NCBI GenBank assembly: GCA_965222615.1
Contig: CBDCUI010000007.1
Span: 352,001-416,000, forward strand
From: Gammaproteobacteria bacterium
GTDB lineage: Bacteria; Pseudomonadota; Gammaproteobacteria; UBA4575
Length of the DNA stretch: 64,000 bases
Reading direction: 5' to 3'
Every line of letters begins with the position of its first letter. Position 1 is the first letter of the stretch. The notes under the pieces are model-generated. The model was not told where the DNA came from and ran no database searches. It saw nothing but the letters and a program-made list of their open reading frames with translations. The position numbers were made by a program, and so were the translations under genes. Shown here piece by piece: positions 18,193-28,736 of this stretch.

Positions 18193-20162
18193 TAGAACAA
18201 TTTGATTTTATCTTTTAGTTTTCCGCCTAACTTTTCTTTCAGCTCTTCAACTTTTTCTTCTTTTTTCTCTTTAAACTCTTCTTTGAGTTCTTCTTTCTTT
18301 TCTTCCACGACGGCAGTTTGCTTAGCTTTGAGTGCAGCCTGCAAATCAACTCCATACTTTAAATTATCAAAAGGACCTTTAATGGTAATTGGAATGGCAT
18401 ACTTGCCGGGTTCTTCAGATAAGCCAACTGCAATGGTGTAATCGGTTTCCGATTGCGCAATATCCACTTGACCTTCACCGTTAGCAAAAATCAGCGGGGT
18501 GTCTAATTTAAAATCTTTGTTATCCGATAAACCATTGGTGATGTTGAAGGTACCAAATAATTTATCGAACACCAGTTCCTCTCCAGCCGGTTTCGGTTCA
18601 CGCCCCTTTAAAAATGCAGCGGCCTTTTCAACATTTGCGGCCAATTTTTTATCGCGCAAGGCGCCATTCCCAGCATCCAATTTGGCGTTGCCACTAAGGG
18701 CCTTTTTAAGTTCGGCCACACTGTTGCCAGTCGTATTTACATCCAAAGAGAGATTACTAATTCCGCGTATGTAAGCTTTTTCTTCGCCCATGAAGTCCAT
18801 GCTTAACTTGTCAATTTGAATACCGGATAAGTCTGTAGCTAATCCATATTTCGGCACTTTATCCCGCACATCTACACTAGCTTTGCCTTGCATACTACCG
18901 TCATAGAGGTTCATTGACATTGGTGTGACTTGTAACAGACCATCTTTCGCCGTAATGGTGGCCTTTACATTGGTCATGGTCATGCCTGAAATAATGATGG
19001 TACCTACCGTGATATCTCCATTCACATCAAGGTCACGCAAGGTTTCAGTGGGGAGTTCAATCGGTTCATTTTCATCAGCAGGAGTACTTTCTGCTTTTTC
19101 CTCGGCACTGGAAGTTGGCAGCAATTTATCCAAATCCAGCAAATCCGATGCCAGAGAAAATTTTACTTTGGGTTGATCAAAGGATTGCACCGAAGCATTA
19201 CCGGTTAATTGTGTATCGAGCATAGAAACTACTAATGAGGAAAGACTCAACGCTTCATTAGCTAAATCCGCATCAATTGCGGTTTGTAGGGTTGCATCAA
19301 GTTTACCTTCTGGAAAGGCGTCACCTGTTCCAGAAATTTTAATGGTGGTATCTTGTAAAGAGAATTTTTGGTTTTTTAAATCACCACTTACTTCTGAACC
19401 TAATCCAAGTTTTAACGCGCCATTGGGAAAGGATTCGCCTGTCGCATCAAGTTGAACATCCAAGCCTGCAAGTTTTAACGTTTGTGCTTTTGAATCAAAC
19501 GTGGCGTTGGTTTTCATTTGCAGTGCTGCATCAAGCACGGGTGCAGCATTTTTCATTTTAAAGTCTAAATTAACATCGGTGGACTCCCCATCCACCATTT
19601 TTCCTGTGGTTAAATTAAATGGCGCAATTTGAATTTTGGATCCCGCCTGATCATCTTGCCAAGATAGCTCCGCATCCGTGATTTCTACACCATTCACCAT
19701 AATAACCAATTCACGTTTAGTTGCCTCAGAACTTTCAGATTCCTCTTCTACACTTTCAGATTCACTTACAAGATCATCCCAATTCGTCACCCCCTGTGCA
19801 TTTTTATGTAAATTTACTTTTAAACCATTTAATTTTACTTTGGCCGCTTGCACTTGACCTTTAAACAATGGCGTCAGCGCCACTCGCACATCGACATCTT
19901 CCACACTGGCCATCGGCGCGTCGCCAAATCCAGGTGCATTACCAAACTGTGTGCTACCTAAAGAAAACCCCAACCACGGAAATAAGGAAAGATCAATATC
20001 CCCGGCCAAGTTTAAATCACGACCAGTTGCTTCTTTGGTCTTTGCAACAATTTGTTCTTTATATTCATTTGGATCGAACGTTGAAACAAAAAAGACCGCA
20101 GCACCAATAAATATCACGAAAAGTGCCACAATGGCGATGAGGATATATTTAATTATTTTCAT
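18192..20162 (-). CDS. asmA: AsmA family protein
   Basis: N-terminal TM, FDPNEYK...TGRDL..GDIDLSLFPWLG; asmA-mutY-yggX synteny. Confidence 0.9.
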   Translation of the reverse strand: MKIIKYILIAIVALFVIFIGAAVFFVSTFDPNEYKEQIVAKTKEATGRDLNLAGDIDLSLFPWLGFSLGSTQFGNAPGFGDAPMASVEDVDVRVALTPLFKGQVQAAKVKLNGLKVNLHKNAQGVTNWDDLVSESESVEEESESSEATKRELVIMVNGVEITDAELSWQDDQAGSKIQIAPFNLTTGKMVDGESTDVNLDFKMKNAAPVLDAALQMKTNATFDSKAQTLKLAGLDVQLDATGESFPNGALKLGLGSEVSGDLKNQKFSLQDTTIKISGTGDAFPEGKLDATLQTAIDADLANEALSLSSLVVSMLDTQLTGNASVQSFDQPKVKFSLASDLLDLDKLLPTSSAEEKAESTPADENEPIELPTETLRDLDVNGDITVGTIIISGMTMTNVKATITAKDGLLQVTPMSMNLYDGSMQGKASVDVRDKVPKYGLATDLSGIQIDKLSMDFMGEEKAYIRGISNLSLDVNTTGNSVAELKKALSGNAKLDAGNGALRDKKLAANVEKAAAFLKGREPKPAGEELVFDKLFGTFNITNGLSDNKDFKLDTPLIFANGEGQVDIAQSETDYTIAVGLSEEPGKYAIPITIKGPFDNLKYGVDLQAALKAKQTAVVEEKKEELKEEFKEKKEEKVEELKEKLGGKLKDKIKLF

Positions 20163-20291
20163 CGTCGCGCTCCTAACCTACGCTTATTTTTATTTAGATA
20201 ATGATCTTACTCTTTATATGGACACAAGTTGTGCGAATAAGTTTTTATTTACTTGTGTTCACATTATTTAATCATTCGAGATTCGTGCAAA

Positions 20292-20771
20292 TTACTTGGG
20301 ACGTTCCCAGCTACCACTTTTCCCACCTTGCTTACTTAATAAAGCAATATCTTGCAATACCATGCCACGATCCACAGCTTTACACATGTCATAAATGGTT
20401 AATAAAGCAACTTGTACGGCGGTAAGCGCCTCCATTTCCACACCAGTTTGTCCATGTGTTTCTACAGTTGCTTTGCAATAAACGGCTGCGGGTGCTTCCT
20501 CATAACCAAACTCAATTTCAATGGACGTGAGGGCAAGTGGATGACATAACGGTACTAATTCTGAGGTTTTCTTCGCACCCATAATTCCCGCGATGCGTGC
20601 AATCCCCAACACATCACCTTTTTTATGGCCGCCACTTTGAATCAACTGCAGAGTTTGTGCTTGCATACGAATGCGTCCATCAGCTACCGCGGTACGATGA
20701 CTAATGGGCTTATCCCCAACATCGACCATGTGGGCTTCGCCGGCTTGATTAAAGTGACTTAACTTACTCAT
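20292..20771 (-). CDS. moaC: Cyclic pyranopterin monophosphate synthase
   Basis: [36 protein letters not shown]. Confidence 0.97.
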   Translation of the reverse strand: MSKLSHFNQAGEAHMVDVGDKPISHRTAVADGRIRMQAQTLQLIQSGGHKKGDVLGIARIAGIMGAKKTSELVPLCHPLALTSIEIEFGYEEAPAAVYCKATVETHGQTGVEMEALTAVQVALLTIYDMCKAVDRGMVLQDIALLSKQGGKSGSWERPK

Positions 20772-21005
20772 TTTTTGTGCATGAAGCACTGATTTCTCTT
20801 GAGACTTTGTTAAAAAATATTTCAAAATGCTCATTTACTGACTTGTAAACTCCGCTTTTTTAATATTTTTTGCCTCGTCTCAATCGTCCGGTTATATTTC
20901 GACTGGACTAATAAATCAGTGCTCCTTTAGCTTGTTAGTTGAAAATAGAATAGTACCATTTAGAGATTCATTGTTGGCAAAGTTTCAGCGAGTATATGGG
21001 TTAAC

Positions 21006-21239
21006 ATGAGCGTGCAAGTTAAATATTTTGCCAGTTTGCGTGAGACGATGGGTCGCGCCAGTGACCAAGTCGCAATCACCGATGCAAGCACCGTTGAAAA
21101 AATTTGGCAATTAGCTACCAACCACATGGAGCGACCCGAACGCCTGTTGGTCGCCGTCAATCAAGAATATGCCGATTTTTCTCAAATGGTGAATGATGGT
21201 GATGAGGTTGCGTTTTTTCCTCCTGTCACAGGTGGCTGA
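21006..21239 (+). CDS. moaD: Molybdopterin synthase sulfur carrier
   Basis: VKYFASLRE...DEVAFFPPVTGG. Confidence 0.95.
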   Translation: MSVQVKYFASLRETMGRASDQVAITDASTVEKIWQLATNHMERPERLLVAVNQEYADFSQMVNDGDEVAFFPPVTGG

Positions 21240-21421
21240 GCACATGGATGTGCGAATATGATGTCCATCAGGGATGATGCAACCAATTTAACTCTTAATT
21301 TAAAAATGTCGGCTTACGACCCAAAGCAGATATAATCAAGTGTAAAATTAGTTAATGGTGTATATATCATAATGTAAATTTGTATATAAACCGGTTAGTT
21401 AATTACATGCAGGAATGAAGT

Positions 21422-21757
21422 ATGAGAATAGTATTTTGTTTTATCCTCTTGGTTGTGCTTGTAGCCTGTGGTGTTAATGCTGGGAATATTAGTACTGAAC
21501 CCTTGTCAATTGAGGTGGTTGAACCTGTGTACAATGATGATCAGAAAGCGGTAGAGGAATTCGTTACAGCAGTAAAGTCTTTAGACAATGATGAAATCAG
21601 AAGAGTTTGGTCACACATGAACGCAAAGCAAAGAAGGGCAGCGGATGACCACCTAGCCGAATGGTTTCATAGCTTGAGTGGTAGTGAATACGACAAGTAT
21701 TTCGAGGTTGAAGAGTTGTTACGTGGTGCAGACTGGGGTGCTATTTTCGCACAATGA
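21422..21757 (+). CDS. Hypothetical lipoprotein
   Basis: Lipobox-like LVAC after a hydrophobic stretch. Confidence 0.65.
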   Translation: MRIVFCFILLVVLVACGVNAGNISTEPLSIEVVEPVYNDDQKAVEEFVTAVKSLDNDEIRRVWSHMNAKQRRAADDHLAEWFHSLSGSEYDKYFEVEELLRGADWGAIFAQ

Positions 21758-21773
21758 AAAGTTCTAGTTAATT

Positions 21774-22319
21774 ATGAGAATTTATCTTTACACTGCAGCG
21801 CTACTGTGCGCAGTTTGGGCTACGCGATTATCAGCAGAAACACTTGTACGATCTACTTCACAGTTAGAATTAATTCCTGTGCAAGGTATCACCTTGGGTA
21901 TAACTCCTAGAGAAGCTTTTAAAACTTTACTGTCCGCTGGCTTTAAAGCAGGGAACTTGCGTTCTTATGAAGATTGGGAAAGTGATGGTGTGGAGTTTGT
22001 GCGTGGTGTGTATGGAAGCCCCAACGGTCATTCAAGTGTTAGCTTTAGCCGTAGAGGTGAGCGCATTATTACAATTTCTGAAACCTTTAATTCACCTGGC
22101 AAACCCATCGATGCAATAGCAGCGATTGATTCGGTACGAAAGCAGCTTGGCATTCCTGAAGATAGCAAAAAGTGTAAGACAACAGCAGCGCATTTGGGTT
22201 TATGTGAAGTACAGGATGCAGATGATTCGGGTCAGGTAACTATCTTATTTAAGTTACAAATTCTATCGACAATGCGTTTATACACTATCTCTAGACCCAA
22301 AGAGCTTGTAAAACATTAA
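21774..22319 (+). CDS. Hypothetical exported protein
   Basis: Signal-peptide-like N-terminus; no family recognised. Confidence 0.65.
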   Translation: MRIYLYTAALLCAVWATRLSAETLVRSTSQLELIPVQGITLGITPREAFKTLLSAGFKAGNLRSYEDWESDGVEFVRGVYGSPNGHSSVSFSRRGERIITISETFNSPGKPIDAIAAIDSVRKQLGIPEDSKKCKTTAAHLGLCEVQDADDSGQVTILFKLQILSTMRLYTISRPKELVKH

Positions 22320-22505
22320 CACCTGTCAATGGTAGATAGGATTTAAATGTCTTTGTAGATGTCCGCATTGGCCTTGGCCGACGGGAATTTACTCCTTCAA
22401 TTTCTGCTCTTCCGCCATCCATGGCGGTCGAAAACTATCATTAATGAAAAAATTTAATCAGAGTGCGTCATCCATGACGCGACTCATATTCACATATCCC
22501 TATGC

Positions 22506-23867
22506 TCACTGAATAAGAATAAATAGACCGCGTGCTTCACGTTGTATATTTAGTAACAAGGCTTTTGGGTTTTTCTTAATTGCCGATTTCATTTCACTAA
22601 TCGTTTTCACGCGCTGCTTATTCACACTGATGATGATATCGCCCTTACGCAAACCAGCCGAGGCAGCATTACTATTTGCTGAGACGTTGACCACTTCGAT
22701 TCCCGCCGTAGTCCCACGCGAGGTGTCTTCTAATGTTTCGCTGAATTCTGCTCCGCTTAGTTTGCTGCTCAGAGATTTACCACTGACACTATTGGTAACT
22801 AGTTCCTCAACCCTTGCATTTAACGTGCGTAGTTTGCCATTACGCAGTACTTCAATTTTGACGCGTGTGCCAATTCGTAATAAGCCGATTTCATTGCGTA
22901 CTTGTGCAGAATTTTCGACTTCACGGCCATTCACCGCGATAATCACATCGCCCACTTTAATCCCCGCTTTGGCCGCGGGAGACCTCGCTTCCACACGTGC
23001 CACCACTACGCCTTTATTACGTGTAGTGCCAAAGGCCTCGGCCAATTCTGGAGTTAGATCTTGCGCAGTAAAGCCCAGCCGACCGCGTTTGACTTCACCA
23101 TGTTCAATTAATTGCTGGGTAATATGCTTGGCCATATTTACTGGAATGGCAAAACCAATACCGATGTTGCCACCACTCGGTCCATAAATTGCAGTATTGA
23201 TACCAATGAGTTCGCCGCGTAGGTTCACTAAAGCCCCACCAGAATTACCAGGATTAATCGAGGCATCGGTTTGAATGAAATCTTCATAGGATTCAATGCC
23301 TAAACCACTGCGACCCAATGCACTGACAATTCCCGAGGTCACGGTTTGTCCAAGGCCAAAGGGATTACCAATTGCGACGACAAAATCACCTTGGCGTAAA
23401 TCATCGGAATTCCCTAAAGGAATTTCACTTAGCTGGGTCGCTTCAATTTGGATCACGGCAATGTCTGCACCTGGATCTTTGCCGATCACCATTGCATTAA
23501 ATCGCTGTCCGTCTTCCAAGGTCACCACAATGTCTTCGGCTTTATCAATCACATGCGAATTGGTGATGATATAACCATTACGTGAATCAAAAATGACTCC
23601 AGACCCAAGTCCCGTGGTACGTCGTTCGCGGCGTTGTTCCGGCATATCAAAAAATCGGCGAAAAAAAGGATCATCAAAAAAGGGATCACGCACGACGACT
23701 TTACCGGTGGTAGAAATATTGACTACGGCTGGTGTGGTTCTCTCCAGCATCGGCGCCAACGTAGGCAAGGGTTGATCATCTACACTGTTAGGTAGCCCTG
23801 CAAATAATGGAATAGATAGACCTAGCAACAGACTAAGCACGACCAATTGGATGAACTTTTGAACCAT
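22506..23867 (-). CDS. degQ: HtrA/DegQ serine endoprotease
   Basis: TNSHV, DIAV, QTDASINPGNSGGAL, two PDZ domains. Confidence 0.92.
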   Translation of the reverse strand: MVQKFIQLVVLSLLLGLSIPLFAGLPNSVDDQPLPTLAPMLERTTPAVVNISTTGKVVVRDPFFDDPFFRRFFDMPEQRRERRTTGLGSGVIFDSRNGYIITNSHVIDKAEDIVVTLEDGQRFNAMVIGKDPGADIAVIQIEATQLSEIPLGNSDDLRQGDFVVAIGNPFGLGQTVTSGIVSALGRSGLGIESYEDFIQTDASINPGNSGGALVNLRGELIGINTAIYGPSGGNIGIGFAIPVNMAKHITQQLIEHGEVKRGRLGFTAQDLTPELAEAFGTTRNKGVVVARVEARSPAAKAGIKVGDVIIAVNGREVENSAQVRNEIGLLRIGTRVKIEVLRNGKLRTLNARVEELVTNSVSGKSLSSKLSGAEFSETLEDTSRGTTAGIEVVNVSANSNAASAGLRKGDIIISVNKQRVKTISEMKSAIKKNPKALLLNIQREARGLFILIQ

Positions 23868-23954
23868 CTTTTCTATATTAGTTATTCTTTATAAAGATTG
23901 TGCTTACCTTACTTGTATATTTCTAGAATTATACGTTTCTAAAAAGATTCTTAG

Positions 23955-24896
23955 TTAGAGGTTTTGGCGCGGATTAAATTCAAATCGTTCTGCCATTTTT
24001 TCATAATATTGCTTATCTTGTTCGCTAACGGCTTTCGGCACCACAATTTGCAATGTCACGATTTGATCACCAGGCGGTGAACCAGGCAAACCGCGCTGCT
24101 TAAGTCGCAACTTTTTCCCGGACTGTGATCCGGCCGGTATTTTGGTTTCCACGCGTCCGGCCAACGTAGGCACTTGAACGCGTGCGCCTAATACAGCTTC
24201 CCATGGACTAATGGGCAAGTCCAACAAAATATTTTTGCCTTCAGTCTTATATAATCTATGTGGTAAAACTTGTACTTCGATATAAAGATCCCCCTTCGGC
24301 CCATTCCCCAAGCCTGCCGCCCCTTGGCCTGCCAGACGAATCCGTTTGCCCGAAGTAATACCTGCTGGAATTTTTACTTCTAAATTACGACCATTATTGA
24401 CACGAATCATTTTGTTGGCGCCGTGATAAGCTTCTTCTAGTGTGATCGACATGCTTGCATGTTGATCTGCACCCTTGGTTTGAAATCCCTGGGACTGAAA
24501 ACCTGAAGTTTGCCCGGCAGAAAAACCACCACCAAACAACGATTCAAAAAAGTCGCTAAAACCTGAACCAGAAAACTCTGCACCGGTGAAACCACCTTGA
24601 TTAGCACCCATTCCAGAAAAACCTGTACCAGAAAAAATTTCTTCCCAACCTGGAGGCGGGGTAAAGTTTTGCCCAGCTTTCCAATTTGCACCAAGCTGAT
24701 CGTAGGCTTGGCGTTTTTGCGGATCTTTTAGCACCTCATAGGCTTCCCCTACTTCTTTAAACTTCTCTTCAGCATCGAGTTCTTTACTCACATCAGGATG
24801 ATATTTGCGCGCAAGGCGGCGGTAGGCAGTTTTAATATCTGCCTCTTTGGCATCACGTTCAACGCCTAGTATTTTGTAGTAATCTTTATATTCCAT
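23955..24896 (-). CDS. cbpA: DnaJ-class co-chaperone (CbpA-like)
   Basis: J domain with HPD, G/F region, DnaJ_C, no zinc finger. Confidence 0.88.
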   Translation of the reverse strand: MEYKDYYKILGVERDAKEADIKTAYRRLARKYHPDVSKELDAEEKFKEVGEAYEVLKDPQKRQAYDQLGANWKAGQNFTPPPGWEEIFSGTGFSGMGANQGGFTGAEFSGSGFSDFFESLFGGGFSAGQTSGFQSQGFQTKGADQHASMSITLEEAYHGANKMIRVNNGRNLEVKIPAGITSGKRIRLAGQGAAGLGNGPKGDLYIEVQVLPHRLYKTEGKNILLDLPISPWEAVLGARVQVPTLAGRVETKIPAGSQSGKKLRLKQRGLPGSPPGDQIVTLQIVVPKAVSEQDKQYYEKMAERFEFNPRQNL

Positions 24897-24931
24897 AGTC
24901 CCAAATGCAGAAAATTGATACGCTTACATTG

Positions 24932-24957
24932 AAACGCCGCGGTGAACCGCGGCGTTT
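24932..24957. terminator. GC-rich hairpin terminator after hsp20
   Basis: aaacgccgcgg-tgaa-ccgcggcgttt. Confidence 0.7.
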
Positions 24958-24996
24958 TTGTTTCCGTACAGTTAACAAGCAATGCTTGTTATTGGT

Positions 24997-25434
24997 TTAT
25001 CCGTCAACCGTTATTTTTTTGGGCAGTGCTTTTTCCTTTTTAGGAATACGCAGCTTTAAAACGCCATGTTCTGTTTTAGCAGAAATGTTATCTTCATCTA
25101 CAGTATCTGGCAGTGTAAATCGGCGATAAAAACTTCCATATACGCGTTCAGATCGACTATAACCTTCGCCTTCTTCCTTGTGCTCGGCTTTGCGCTCGCC
25201 TTTCACTGTCAACACATTATCTTCCCAAGAAATATCGATGTCTTTTGGATCCACACCAGGGATATCCGCAATGACTTCGTAGGCTTCCTTGCCTTCCTTT
25301 ATATCAACGGAAGGTACCCAATCCGTGGCAGTTTCCGTATAGCCTGCCGAATTGGTATTAAATAAGCGATCCAATTCCCCGCGAAATTCACGCATGGTGT
25401 CCCATGGATCTCGATATACCCTTGCTAACATCAT
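24997..25434 (-). CDS. Hsp20/alpha-crystallin small heat-shock protein
   Basis: WVPSVDIKE, DIPGV, ERVYGSFYRRFTLP, GVLKLRIPK. Confidence 0.95.
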   Translation of the reverse strand: MMLARVYRDPWDTMREFRGELDRLFNTNSAGYTETATDWVPSVDIKEGKEAYEVIADIPGVDPKDIDISWEDNVLTVKGERKAEHKEEGEGYSRSERVYGSFYRRFTLPDTVDEDNISAKTEHGVLKLRIPKKEKALPKKITVDG

Positions 25435-25476
25435 AGACCTCCTTACAACATATAAAATAGCTTTGATGCCTAAAAG

Positions 25477-25502
25477 ATATGGGCAAAAAAAGCCATTTCA
25501 AG
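25477..25502 (-). promoter_or_regulatory. Sigma32 (RpoH) promoter for hsp20-cbpA
   Basis: Minus strand CTTGAA-N12-GCCCATAT upstream of hsp20. Confidence 0.7.
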
Positions 25503-25542
25503 GTCTAGATTTACGAATTTTTACCTATTTTCAGCGGTTTTT

Positions 25543-26049
25543 TTAGGTGGCTTCGAATTGTGCCTCGGCACGATTTTTTTGTACCGCCTCGGGGCTGAAA
25601 ATCTGTCCGTTCATGGCCAGATAGACCCCTACCGGTAAATGCTGGGCTGCGGCGATGGCATAGCCGATATTAAAAATTGCATCGGTTTTGCGAAACCGTG
25701 CGGGTTGCATTGCTCCAGTGAGGACAATGGTTTTATCACTAATCCCCTGTAAGCGCTGAGCCGTGTCAATCATGGTATCCGTGCCATGTGTGATAAGAAT
25801 ATGCGGACAACCTTCTGCATTTACATGGTCAAAAATCTTGTCGCGATCTTCATCGGTTATTTCCAAACTGTCTTTCTTAATGATGGATTCAATCTCATAA
25901 GAAAAATTAGCCAACGCTTCTTTAAGGATCCCATTTACAACCGGTTCACCTATTTTGTATTCGCTTAGCGCATCGAAGTAAACTTTATCGATGGTGCCAC
26001 CTGTGCAAAAAATTTTAATTTGATGCTTTTTTACATGTTCTTTATTCAT
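25543..26049 (-). CDS. Short asparaginase-domain protein
   Basis: TGGTIDK, HGTDTM, LTGAMQP. Confidence 0.9.
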   Translation of the reverse strand: MNKEHVKKHQIKIFCTGGTIDKVYFDALSEYKIGEPVVNGILKEALANFSYEIESIIKKDSLEITDEDRDKIFDHVNAEGCPHILITHGTDTMIDTAQRLQGISDKTIVLTGAMQPARFRKTDAIFNIGYAIAAAQHLPVGVYLAMNGQIFSPEAVQKNRAEAQFEAT

Positions 26050-26111
26050 AATAAATATCTATTCATATTCATAACAGAAGTTAAAGTGTAATCCACGTTT
26101 CTACAATTTTA

Positions 26112-26240
26112 GGAAGCTCTGATTTATTAATGAAATGGCTGAGATGAGGCAAAAAATGTTGAGAAAGCGGAGTGTATATGCCAATACATGAGCATTTCGA
26201 AACATTTTTTAACAAAGTATCAGAATAAATCAGAGCTTCC
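26112..26240. repeat. MITE-like palindromic element, full copy 1
   Basis: 17-bp TIR ggaagctctgatttatt...aataaatcagagcttcc with core aaagcggagtgtatatgccaatacatgagcattt. Confidence 0.85.
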
Positions 26241-26241
26241 T

Positions 26242-27108
26242 TCATTCTATGTTTTGCACTTGCTCTCTCATTTGCTCAATCAACACTTTTAAGTCTACCG
26301 CGGCTTGTGTAGTTTCAATATCCGCTGACTTCGATGCAATGGTATTGGCTTCACGATTAAATTCTTGCATTAAAAAATCTAAACGCCGACCAATTGCATC
26401 TCTGCGAACAAACACGCTTTGCATTTCATGCAGATGACTATCTAAACGATCTAGCTCTTCCATAATATCTAGCTTTTGTGCTAGATACACAAGCTCTTGT
26501 TCCAAGCGGTTTTGATCTAAATCTGTAGTGATCTCGTCTATACGCTGTTGTAATTTATCTTTGATAGATTTTAATACTTGAGGATATCTGTCGCGAATTG
26601 TGGTAACGATGTTTTCAATTTCTTTACAACGCTCCTGTAACATCACTTCAAGCCGTTTGCCTTCTGTCGAACGTGTTTCTATTAATTGTTGCGCTGCACG
26701 CTCAAATAACGCGATACAAGATGCATGAAAACTCTGCATATCTGTTTCAGCTGCCTGCACCACACCGGGCCAAGCCAACAAGTCAGTTGCCTTCACCGCT
26801 GCGTGTTCTGGTAGTTTGCTATTCACATGAGTAATCTGTTTGATAAGTGTTTCTAGTAAAGGCTCGTTGAGTTCCAAGGCCGCACTTTGCACCTCTGCAA
26901 GTTGATAGCGAAAAACACAGTCCACTTTGCCCCGTGCAAGTTTGCCTTGCAAATACTGACGAAGTTTTGTTTCAATACGCCGCACTTCCTCTGGCAAACG
27001 AAAAGTAATTTCAAGATAACGATGATTAACCGAGCGTAACTCCCAGCTCATATTACCCACATCATTTGCATCCTCGACTCGTGCAAACCCCGTCATACTG
27101 CAAAGCAT
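26242..27108 (-). CDS. yicC: YicC/YloC endoribonuclease
   Basis: SMTGFAR, ELRSVNHRYL, GRRLDFLMQEFNREANT, EQMREQVQNIE. Confidence 0.95.
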   Translation of the reverse strand: MLCSMTGFARVEDANDVGNMSWELRSVNHRYLEITFRLPEEVRRIETKLRQYLQGKLARGKVDCVFRYQLAEVQSAALELNEPLLETLIKQITHVNSKLPEHAAVKATDLLAWPGVVQAAETDMQSFHASCIALFERAAQQLIETRSTEGKRLEVMLQERCKEIENIVTTIRDRYPQVLKSIKDKLQQRIDEITTDLDQNRLEQELVYLAQKLDIMEELDRLDSHLHEMQSVFVRRDAIGRRLDFLMQEFNREANTIASKSADIETTQAAVDLKVLIEQMREQVQNIE

Positions 27109-27210
27109 TTTTACTTATCCTTTTGTCAATTTATTCAGTTGCCATAACATTCATAGACATAGATTTGTGCGTATAATGCGCGACTCTTTGCATTTTCACC
27201 AGGTAGTTTT

Positions 27211-27951
27211 ATGAATTCTATAGTCAGGCCCCATGGTAGGCCTAGTGGTCGCGAACCCAATCAAATGCGTGATATTCAATTCACACGTGACTATACCAAG
27301 CATGCAGAAGGTTCTGTATTAGCCGAATTTGGTGACACCAAGGTGCTGTGTACGGCTACCGTTACCGACCAAGTGCCAAAATTTCTAAAAGGGAAAGACC
27401 AGGGTTGGGTTACTGCAGAATATGGAATGTTGCCCCGTTCCACCAACAGTCGTATGTCTCGTGAAGCCTCCCGCGGCAAACAAGGTGGTCGAACTTTAGA
27501 AATCCAACGCTTAATTGGCCGTTCATTACGCGCCGCTGTTGATCTTAAGCAGCTAGCTGAAAACTCGATTACGATTGATTGTGACGTGATCCAAGCAGAT
27601 GGCGGTACCCGCACGGCTTCCATCTCAGGTGGGTTTGTTGCACTGCATGATGCAATCCAGAAAATGATAAATGTCGGCACACTTGAATCGAGTCCAATCA
27701 GTCACTTTGTTGCAGCTGTGTCAGTAGGAATCTTTAACCAAATACCTGTGTTGGATCTTGATTATTCCGAAGACAGCAGTGCAGAAACCGATATGAATAT
27801 CGTAATGAATGATGCGGGCGCTTTTATTGAAGTACAAGGTACTGCGGAACAGCAAGCTTTTACTCACGAACAGCTGATCGCTTTATTGAAGATCGGCAGC
27901 ACAGGTATTGAAGACATCATTCAACAACAAAAAGATTGCCTGAACGTGTAG
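27211..27951 (+). CDS. rph: Ribonuclease PH
   Basis: [37 protein letters not shown]. Confidence 0.97.
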   Translation: MNSIVRPHGRPSGREPNQMRDIQFTRDYTKHAEGSVLAEFGDTKVLCTATVTDQVPKFLKGKDQGWVTAEYGMLPRSTNSRMSREASRGKQGGRTLEIQRLIGRSLRAAVDLKQLAENSITIDCDVIQADGGTRTASISGGFVALHDAIQKMINVGTLESSPISHFVAAVSVGIFNQIPVLDLDYSEDSSAETDMNIVMNDAGAFIEVQGTAEQQAFTHEQLIALLKIGSTGIEDIIQQQKDCLNV

Positions 27952-27953
27952 CA

Positions 27954-28544
27954 ATGACTAAAAAAGTTGTGCTGGCCAGCAATAATCCTGGCAAGTTAAG
28001 AGAAATTCAGGCGGTTTTGGATCCATTAGCTATTCAGCTTATTAATCAATCAGAGTTTAATGTAACGGAAGTTGCAGAAACGGGTACTACCTTTGTCGAA
28101 AATGCCATCATCAAGGCACGTCATGCGGCTGAAGTTTCGGGTCTTGCGGCTTTAGCCGATGACTCGGGTATTGAGGTCGATGCCTTACAAGGCGCACCTG
28201 GTGTTTACAGTGCACGTTATGCCGGTGAAGATGCCAATGCTCAAGCCAATAACGAAAAGTTATTAACCGAACTTACCCATGTCCCGGAATCGCAACGCAG
28301 TGCACGATTTCAGTGTGTATTAGTGTATATGCGACATGCACAAGACCCAATGCCGCTTATTTGTCAAGGTACGTGGGAGGGATTTATTTTGTTTGCCCCC
28401 CAAGGCGAAAACGGTTTTGGCTATGATCCGTTATTTTACGTACCGACCCATGCTTGTGCTTCGGCAGAATTAGACCCTGCAGAAAAAAATCGTATTAGTC
28501 ATCGAGCAAAAGCTTTACAAAAACTAATCACTAAACTGAAATAG
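27954..28544 (+). CDS. rdgB: Non-canonical purine NTP pyrophosphatase
   Basis: ASNNPGK, ADDSG, GFGYDPLF, SHRAKAL. Confidence 0.96.
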   Translation: MTKKVVLASNNPGKLREIQAVLDPLAIQLINQSEFNVTEVAETGTTFVENAIIKARHAAEVSGLAALADDSGIEVDALQGAPGVYSARYAGEDANAQANNEKLLTELTHVPESQRSARFQCVLVYMRHAQDPMPLICQGTWEGFILFAPQGENGFGYDPLFYVPTHACASAELDPAEKNRISHRAKALQKLITKLK

Positions 28545-28687
28545 AGAAACTCTGATTTATTAATGCAATGATTGAGATTAGGCAAAAAATATCGAAAAAG
28601 CGGAATGTATATGTCAATACATGAGCATTTTGAGATTATTTTCCTTAATCATTTCTTAGGGACATATCAGAATAAATCAGAGCTTCC
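28545..28687. repeat. MITE-like palindromic element, full copy 2
   Basis: agaaactctgatttattaat...aaagcggaatgtatatgtcaatacatgagcattt...atcagaataaatcagagcttcc. Confidence 0.85.
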
Positions 28688-28736
28688 TTAAAATATGTGG
28701 GGACTAAGACATTAGAAATTACTTAAGTACTATTTC

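Larger units (their letters stand above)
21237..22508. mobile_element. Repeat-bounded insert: 25-bp inverted terminal repeats enclosing hairpin repeats and a two-gene cassette
   Basis: tgagcacatggatgtgcgaatatga (21237-21261) vs reverse complement of 22484-22508 tgagcatagggatatgtgaatatga, 21/25 identical. Confidence 0.55.

Noticed and set aside
21245-21262. Possible moaE start (ATG GAT GTG CGA ATA) after moaD
   Set aside because: Stops after five codons and is fully explained by the hairpin repeat also present beside degQ.
21240-22500. Classical integron or attC cassette
   Set aside because: No intI, and I could not find paired RYYYAAC/GTTRRRY boxes around the two genes.
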